From a bacterium (GTDB lineage: Bacteria; Patescibacteriota; Minisyncoccia; UBA6257; 2-01-FULL-56-20), in contig DAICZW010000001.1 of the NCBI GenBank assembly GCA_027310965.1, positions 37,236-101,235 of the forward strand: a DNA stretch of 64,000 nt, given 5' to 3'. The notes beneath the pieces were generated by a model, which had not been told where the DNA came from, did not search any database, and worked only from the letters and a program-made list of their open reading frames with translations. Below are positions 58,403-64,000 of the stretch, piece after piece; position 1 is the first letter of the stretch, and the number at the start of each line of letters is the position of its first letter. The position numbers and the translations under genes are program-made.

Positions 58403-59722
58403 ATGTTGGAAAGGTACAGCAGGAAAGAAATGACCGGCATCTGGTCGGAACGGAACAAATTTTTGCGATGGTTGTCGGTGGAACTGGCCGTACTCAGGGC
58501 GAGGCAGCATATAGGCGAGCTTATATACGATGGTTCTTGGGATTTTGCGGGGGAAATTCGCATTGATCCCGAGGAAATCAACCGCATTGAAAAAGAGATT
58601 ACGGGACATGATGTGATTGCGTTTCTCGAACATTTATCGCCCCAGTTTCCGGAAGAGCTTCGTCCGTGGTTACATAGAGGATTGACATCATACGACGTCG
58701 GGGACACGGCGCTGAGCATGCAGATGCGCGAAAGCGTCAGGCTGCTGATCGAGGGAATCATGAAACTTATGGATGCGGTCAGGGAAAAGGCTCTTGAGTA
58801 TAAGTACGCGCCGCAGATCGGACGCACGCACGGCGTTCATGCCGAGCCGATTACGTTCGGGGTCAAGCTGGCTAATTGGTATGATGAGCTTCACCGGCAT
58901 CGGGACAGGCTTATCAGGCTTTGTAGCGTTGTTGCGGTCGGCAAGATAAGCGGAGCGGTCGGCATGTATACGATCGATCCGAAAATCGAGGAATTGGTTT
59001 GCGAAGAATTATGGCTTAAACCTGTCATTGCCACGCAAATCATTGCGCGCGACATCGCGGCCGAGTATATGTCCGTGTTAGGTATCGTTGCCGCCACAAT
59101 CGGCAAGATAGCCACCAATCTCAGGTTGCTTTCAAAAACGGAAATTGGCGAGGTTATGGAGCCGTTCGGCAGGAACCAGAAAGGTTCATCGGCGATGCCG
59201 CACAAGAAGAACCCGATAGGGAGTGAAAATTTGTCGGGCCTGATGCGTGTCGTTCGCGCGAATGTCCAGGTTGCCCTGGAAAACCTTGCAACGTGCTGGG
59301 ATGAGCGCAGTTTGGACAATTCCGGTCCGGAGAGAGTCATTATTCCCGATTCTTCGATTCTCCTTGATTATGCCATAGACCGGCTTACCGGCATCATCGA
59401 AAAGATGAGGGTTTTTCCCGGCAGGATGCTGATTAATATTGATCACACCAAGGGGCTTGTCTTTTCCCAGGATGTTATGATGCTTGTTGCGGAAAAAAGC
59501 GGCTTGCCCCGGGAAGAGGCGCATACCTTGATTCGCGACATTGCGTTGGGATGCTGGGAGAATCAGGCGAAAGGGCTTGCTGTAGATTTTGATTTTTTGG
59601 AAGCTTTGCTCGCCAACGATATCGTCATGCGGTTCGTTAGCGAGAAAGATTTAAAATCGTGTTTCAATCTCACAAAAAAATTACAGCACGTCAATCATAT
59701 TTTCGACAAAGTATTCGGTTGA
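58403..59722 (+). CDS. purB: Adenylosuccinate lyase
   Basis: MLERYSRKEMTGIWSERNKF N-terminus and fumarate-lyase signature GSSAMPHKKNP. Confidence 0.9.
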   Translation: MLERYSRKEMTGIWSERNKFLRWLSVELAVLRARQHIGELIYDGSWDFAGEIRIDPEEINRIEKEITGHDVIAFLEHLSPQFPEELRPWLHRGLTSYDVGDTALSMQMRESVRLLIEGIMKLMDAVREKALEYKYAPQIGRTHGVHAEPITFGVKLANWYDELHRHRDRLIRLCSVVAVGKISGAVGMYTIDPKIEELVCEELWLKPVIATQIIARDIAAEYMSVLGIVAATIGKIATNLRLLSKTEIGEVMEPFGRNQKGSSAMPHKKNPIGSENLSGLMRVVRANVQVALENLATCWDERSLDNSGPERVIIPDSSILLDYAIDRLTGIIEKMRVFPGRMLINIDHTKGLVFSQDVMMLVAEKSGLPREEAHTLIRDIALGCWENQAKGLAVDFDFLEALLANDIVMRFVSEKDLKSCFNLTKKLQHVNHIFDKVFG

Positions 59723-59756
59723 AAATATGATTGAGTTTTATTTGAAAGAATATCAA

Positions 59757-59788
59757 GGCGCTCCCCTGAAAAGGAGCGCTTTTTTTGT
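59757..59788 (+). terminator. Rho-independent terminator after purB
   Basis: AGGCGCTCCcctgaaaaGGAGCGCTTTTTTTG. Confidence 0.7.
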
Positions 59789-59922
59789 TATTTTACTCCG
59801 AGCTTAACGCCGTTTTCTTGCCGGTAACGCGAAGGATGGAGAAATTTCCGCAACGCGTTGAATATGGCCATATGGCCGCGCGAAACTTCATAAATTATCC
59901 GCATGTATGTTATAGTGGTGCA

Positions 59923-60996
59923 ATGGCAAAACTATCCATCGGCATCGTGGGGCTTCCGAATGTCGGGAAATCGACGCTGTTTAAACTTATTACGAAACAG
60001 GATGTGACGATTGCGAACTATCCGTTTGCGACAATAGATCCCAATGTCGGCGTCGTTGCGGTGCCGGATGAGCGGCTCGAAAAATTGAACGATCTCAGTA
60101 AATCGAAAAAGAAAATTCCGGCGGTCGTGGAGTTCTTGGACATCGCGGGACTCGTGAGGGGCGCGAATAAAGGCGAAGGACTCGGCAACCAGTTCCTGTC
60201 GCACATCCGCGAGACGCAGGCGATCGTAATCGTATTGCGGATGTTTCGGAATGCAGAAATCATCCATGTCGAGAATTCCGTCGATCCTTTGCGCGATCTG
60301 GAAATTATCAATACCGAGCTTATTTTGAAAGATCTTGAAACGGTCGAAAAGCGGCTTACCAAAGCCGAGGCGGAAGCACGGAGCGGCAAGAAGGAAGCGC
60401 GTGAGGACAGGGAGCTTTTGGAAAATCTGAAAGCGCGTCTTGAAAAAGGCGATCTGCCGGTTGCGGACGCGGAATGTATGGAAAGCATCCGCAAAAATAT
60501 CAGGATGATCGATCTGAACTTGTTGACAATGAAGCGGCAGATTTATTTATTGAACGGCGAAGAAAAAGAAGCGCCTGATGCGTTGAAAAATAAAATAGCA
60601 TCGCTTGCCCCCAAAAAGTTTGCGGAACAAAATTCAGACCGCTGCGGCGTGGGATTTGTCGTCGCAGATCTTTCCGCCGCGGCAGAAGGTTCCGGAGGGG
60701 AGATTCCTGAGCTTATCAAAAAAGCGTACGAAGTTCTGGGTCTCGCAAGTTTTTTCACGACGGGCGAGGACGAGACGCGCGCGTGGACGATTGAGAATGG
60801 CACGAAAGCGCCGCAGGCGGCGGGCGTCATCCATACCGATTTCGAGAAAAAATTCATCCGGCTGGAAGTCATTGACTGCGAAAAATTACTCGCGGCCGGC
60901 GGCTGGACGCAGGCGAAGCAGAAAGGATGGGTGCGGCTTGAGGGAAAGGAATACGAAGTGCGGGACGGCGATATTGTCGTCGTGCGGCACGGATAA
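59923..60996 (+). CDS. ychF: Ribosome-binding ATPase YchF (Obg-like)
   Basis: MAKLSIGIVGLPNVGKSTLF G1 motif and a C-terminal TGS-domain region. Start moved from the ORF-track 59785 to the homologous Met. Confidence 0.9.
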   Translation: MAKLSIGIVGLPNVGKSTLFKLITKQDVTIANYPFATIDPNVGVVAVPDERLEKLNDLSKSKKKIPAVVEFLDIAGLVRGANKGEGLGNQFLSHIRETQAIVIVLRMFRNAEIIHVENSVDPLRDLEIINTELILKDLETVEKRLTKAEAEARSGKKEAREDRELLENLKARLEKGDLPVADAECMESIRKNIRMIDLNLLTMKRQIYLLNGEEKEAPDALKNKIASLAPKKFAEQNSDRCGVGFVVADLSAAAEGSGGEIPELIKKAYEVLGLASFFTTGEDETRAWTIENGTKAPQAAGVIHTDFEKKFIRLEVIDCEKLLAAGGWTQAKQKGWVRLEGKEYEVRDGDIVVVRHG

Positions 60997-61010
60997 GGGA
61001 CTTCGCATTT

Positions 61011-61210
61011 TTATTTTTGAGGGACGGGCTCTCTTAAGTCCCTCAAAAATAAAAATACTCCGTCTGATGCGGAAATAAGAAACGAGGGACGGGTTCTCTT
61101 AAGTCCCTCAAAAATAAAAATGCTCCGTCTGATGCGGAAACAAAGGAGGGGTTCTTTTTGCTCCTTCGCGAATAAAAATGCTCCGTCTGGTGCGGAAATA
61201 AAAGAATGAA
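61011..61210. repeat. Tandem array of three ~62-bp units, each a hairpin with loop GGGYTCTCTTAA/GGGTTCT plus a conserved 3' tail AAAATRCTCCGTCTGRTGCGGAAA
   Basis: GAGGGACGGGCTCTCTTAAGTCCCTC repeated three times with compensatory stem changes in the third copy (AAGGAG...CTCCTT). Confidence 0.7.
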
Positions 61211-61272
61211 TCTTGATTAAAAAATCATTAAAGACATTTTGACGGGAGGTATCGGAAGGATAGAATGGAGGA

Positions 61273-61812
61273 ATGAAAAAGAAAAATTCCGGCGGCAATA
61301 ATATCGGGTTGAAAGAACTTTTCAGCGAAGTGAAGAAAATAGGTTCTCGCATGGACGATCGCGATGTCGAAATAAGGAAGATCGGTGTCCTCATGGAAAG
61401 CCATGATATTGAAATAAAAAAGATAGGCGTCATTTTGGAAAGCCATGATGTCGAAATAAGGAAGATTGGTGTCCTTTTGGAAGAACGCGACGACAAACTC
61501 GACTTGGTTTTGGAAGGATATGCCGCGCTGGATAAAAAGATCGATGATCTTCACGAAGAGATGAATGAACGGTTTGCGATTGTTGATTTTAAATTCGGCA
61601 TTGTTTTTGAAGAAATAAACGGGATAAAAGGCGAGATTATTGTAATAAATGGACGATTGGAAAGAATTGAAGGACGGCTCGAAAAACTCGAAGTGCGGAT
61701 AGGGAAAGTCGAAGTACGGCTGGAAAAAGTCGAGGGAACGCTTGTGGAAATTCGCAGCGATTTAAATGCCGAAACGGATTGCGGCGAATTGGCTGTATTT
61801 AAAAGCCTATAA
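61273..61812 (+). CDS. Coiled-coil hypothetical protein with internal 14-aa (42-nt) tandem repeats
   Basis: RDVEIRKIGVLMES / HDIEIKKIGVILES / HDVEIRKIGVLLEE, and later RLERIEGRLEKLEVRIGKVEVRLEKVEG. Confidence 0.55.
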   Translation: MKKKNSGGNNIGLKELFSEVKKIGSRMDDRDVEIRKIGVLMESHDIEIKKIGVILESHDVEIRKIGVLLEERDDKLDLVLEGYAALDKKIDDLHEEMNERFAIVDFKFGIVFEEINGIKGEIIVINGRLERIEGRLEKLEVRIGKVEVRLEKVEGTLVEIRSDLNAETDCGELAVFKSL

Positions 61813-62007
61813 CTTATATCAAGATAGTCCGATAGGCAGCCGTAGGTTCTCTTCGCTCACTAATATCACGTGCGTAAGTTTGCGGGATGGCGGCGCGCCG
61901 CCGGCTTTGCGGCGCAAACCGTTCCGGCGGTTTGAAACGAGTGCTATACCCCGCCGCGTGAGCGCGCGGAGCTTCATTTTTTTTGAGACGGGTTCTATAC
62001 TGTTTTT

Positions 62008-62727
62008 ATGGCGGATAAATTTTCTGAGCTTAAAAAACTCGAGGCGGAAATGGTGGCGGATGCGTCGTTGCCGTTGCGCGAATCGAACTTAGTGTTCGGC
62101 GAGGGAAATCCTGATTGCGCCGTGATGTTCGTCGGCGAAGCGCCGGGCATGAACGAAGATCGTTTGCGCCGGCCGTTCGTCGGCCGTGGCGGACAGCTGT
62201 TGGACGGGATGATGCGAAACATCGGTTGGAAGCGCGAAGACGTTTATATCACGAATATCGTAAAGCGCCGTCCGCCGGATAACCGTGATCCGCTGCCGGA
62301 GGAAATTGCGGCTTATAAGCCGTATCTCGCGCGGCAGATCGCCATCATCCGTCCGCCGGTTATCGTTACGCTCGGCCGGTTCGCGATGCATTATTTTCTT
62401 CCCGATGCGAAGATGATGCGCGACCATGGCCGGGTGTTTGCCGTTCCCCGGGAGCCGTTTGAGCAAGCAGAGAATGAAGGTGCCTTTCGTCGTCCCGGCG
62501 AAGAATCACCGGCTGGGGATTATCTCATTTTTCCCGTGTTGCATCCCGCGGCGGCGCTCCGGTCGCCGCAGCAGATGATGCTTCTTTTGAAGGAAGATTT
62601 TAAAAAATTGCCGAATATCATTAAGGGCGATTTTATTCCCGTAATCGCGACCCCCGTATTTTCCATCGGCTCCGCGCGAAAAGAAAACAAAAATCCGGGA
62701 AAAGAAAAGCAGAGAGCGTTGTTTTAG
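62008..62727 (+). CDS. Uracil-DNA glycosylase, family 4
   Basis: VMFVGEAPGMNEDRLRRPFVGRGGQLL (GEAPG motif A) and HPAAALR motif B, with a C-terminal extension. Confidence 0.85.
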   Translation: MADKFSELKKLEAEMVADASLPLRESNLVFGEGNPDCAVMFVGEAPGMNEDRLRRPFVGRGGQLLDGMMRNIGWKREDVYITNIVKRRPPDNRDPLPEEIAAYKPYLARQIAIIRPPVIVTLGRFAMHYFLPDAKMMRDHGRVFAVPREPFEQAENEGAFRRPGEESPAGDYLIFPVLHPAAALRSPQQMMLLLKEDFKKLPNIIKGDFIPVIATPVFSIGSARKENKNPGKEKQRALF

Positions 62728-62903
62728 AACCCGTCCTAAAAGCATGCCGGCGGGGATTGCCGGCCGTCGGCAGCGAGGAGAAAATAAATGCGTCCGCGCA
62801 TTCATTTTCTCAGAGCGAACCGGCGGATGAAACAGAGTTTCATAAAATTTCCGTAAGACCTGCGGATACTGCTTAAAAAGCTGCTTTTGAGACGGGTTCT
62901 ATG
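62726..62903. mobile_element. MITE-like repeat element, copy 3, with both terminal inverted repeats intact
   Basis: Starts AGAACCCGTCCTAAAAGCATGCC and ends GCTTTTGAGACGGGTTCT. The left end overlaps the UDG stop codon. Confidence 0.6.
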
Positions 62904-63045
62904 ACCGTACGGCGTGCTGCGCGGATGCGCTTGATTATCCGATTTCTGCTATACTTTAAATGGAGTTGTCATGATGTAATGTTATAGTATTCTATCGGAA
63001 AATCGGATATGCGGCACAACAACACTACACCATGCCAATACTTTT

Positions 63046-63390
63046 ATGAACTTCGCTTTTATTTATATCATCCAGCGTTTTCTTTATCGGTTCGTCGATT
63101 TCTTTCATCACTGGTATGTCGACGGAACCCGTTTTATAGCGCACAAATTCATTTCCGTGCTCACGGAAATGGATAAATCGTTCGCGGTTAAAATTACGCT
63201 TCGGCATTTTTTCGATCCGCTCTATAAAGATTACAGCATCGTGGGGAGGATTCTCGGGATTATCTTCCGTTCGATAAGGGTTGCGATCGGCGGCGCCGTT
63301 TACATTGTGTTCGCGATTGTCTTCCTTTTTTTATATCTCGTCTGGATCGCCATTCCGGCCGTACTTATTATTCTTGCGGTACGAGGATGA
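63046..63390 (+). CDS. Hypothetical membrane protein
   Basis: 114 aa with a hydrophobic C-terminal half (two TM helices). Confidence 0.4.
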   Translation: MNFAFIYIIQRFLYRFVDFFHHWYVDGTRFIAHKFISVLTEMDKSFAVKITLRHFFDPLYKDYSIVGRILGIIFRSIRVAIGGAVYIVFAIVFLFLYLVWIAIPAVLIILAVRG

Positions 63391-63466
63391 ACCCGTCCTG
63401 ACGTTCTGATAATGGAGCATCTCGATACCTATTTTCATTACAATATCCAAACGCTGCAATACCAAT

Positions 63467-64000
63467 ATGACTTCTGTTGCTTCCCAAAAACAAGAAAAAA
63501 AACTGACCGTCGGTTTTTCCGATCCGCGTTTCGGTATGACGCTCGCGGGGAGGATTCTTATCCGCATCATACGGTATGTTTTTTATCTGACGCTCATCGC
63601 GGCGACGGCGATTTTTCTCTTCCAATCCGACCTCCGCGGTTTTCGCTATATCGGGTTATTGCTGTGCCTTTTTTTCGCCGACCGGCTGAGGCATCACGGC
63701 GAAGCAGATATCCCGTTCATCGAACTTCCCGCGGAAGGAGCAATCAATTTGGCGAAGGTCGTGCGGCCGCGGACTTTTTCCGTTCTGGAGCGGGCGTTCG
63801 ACCGGAGCATCATCACGAAGGAGGATTTTTTTCTGGAGACCGCGCGCCAGCTTATCGGCTATCCGCAGATTGAAGAAGGGTTGCGCCGTCTTGATGTTTC
63901 ACCCGAAGAGTTCAGACAGAAATTGGACGGGTTGCTTCTTGAAAGCAAAAATAAAGACCGCGGGACGGCGGAGTATTATCGCGCCGATGCCGAAGCGCTC
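63467..64000 (+). CDS. Membrane-anchored protein with a Clp-N-like repeat domain; 3' end lies outside the window
   Basis: Open frame (phase 2) from the ATG at 63467 to the window end, not listed in the ORF track. TM segment ILIRIIRYVFYLTLIAATAIFLF, then VLERAFDRSIITKEDFFLETARQLIGYPQIEEGLRRLDVSPEEFRQKL resembling a Clp N-domain repeat. Confidence 0.4.
   Translation, partial: MTSVASQKQEKKLTVGFSDPRFGMTLAGRILIRIIRYVFYLTLIAATAIFLFQSDLRGFRYIGLLLCLFFADRLRHHGEADIPFIELPAEGAINLAKVVRPRTFSVLERAFDRSIITKEDFFLETARQLIGYPQIEEGLRRLDVSPEEFRQKLDGLLLESKNKDRGTAEYYRADAEAL

Noticed and set aside
59785-59922. N-terminal 46-codon extension of ychF in the ORF track
   Set aside because: It overlaps the purB terminator and promoter region. 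YchF homologues start at MAKLSIGIVGLPNVGKST, which is the ATG at 59923.
61011-61210. CRISPR array
   Set aside because: The units are about 62 bp and directly abut one another without unique spacers. No cas genes are nearby.
63412-63873. 153-aa plus-strand ORF from the track
   Set aside because: Its translation is Arg/Ser/Pro-rich and low-complexity. A different frame (from the ATG at 63467, open to the window end) gives a TM helix plus a Clp-N-like domain and is preferred.

Overview
This 64 kb window looks like chromosomal DNA from a small-genome bacterium. Compact genes, short ATP-synthase delta and epsilon subunits, a 764-aa ValRS, tRNA genes without encoded CCA, and a ribosomal L10-L7/L12 pair not preceded by L11/L1 suggest a Patescibacteria/CPR-like lineage, but that is inference only. 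Most of the window is housekeeping: rpmB, hsp20, valS, tsaD, rplJ-rplL, recO, smpB, serS, a rearranged division/cell-wall block (ftsQ-like, mraZ-rsmH-ftsL-ftsI-murF), a complete F1Fo ATP synthase operon (atpBEFHAGDC), purB, ychF, a family-4 UDG, HtrA, an NRAMP transporter, a two-component system, radC, an ABC exporter, and tRNA-Pro(GGG), tRNA-Val(CAC) and tRNA-Asp(GTC). The main finding is a tightly overlapping six-gene operon on the minus strand (35578..42829) that encodes a complex-I / membrane-bound-hydrogenase-like module: NuoB-like, NuoL-like, NuoH-like, HyfE-like, NuoN-like and a fused NuoCD-like subunit. Every Fe-S (N2) and NiFe cysteine ligand is replaced and no NuoI-like ferredoxin subunit is present, so this is an Ehr-type cofactor-less energy-converting module of unknown function, sitting next to the ATP synthase operon. 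The non-coding DNA is unusually rich in structured repeats. There is a MITE-like family with ~20-bp terminal inverted repeats (three long copies plus solo ends) whose internal hairpin shows compensatory changes between copies. A REP-like palindrome family occupies every intergenic spacer of the atp operon. A tandem hairpin array has a conserved loop sequence, and a 13-4-13 palindromic operator-like motif occurs three times. Other points of interest are an AT-rich two-gene island (HAD hydrolase plus P-loop kinase), a Cys/His-rich protein translationally coupled to atpC, a stand-alone DnaJ-type zinc-finger microprotein upstream of PIN-PhoH, a response regulator with a 32-aa insertion in its receiver domain, and an mraZ promoter followed by GTGG direct repeats at 10-bp spacing. 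No CRISPR array, rRNA or obvious prophage was seen.
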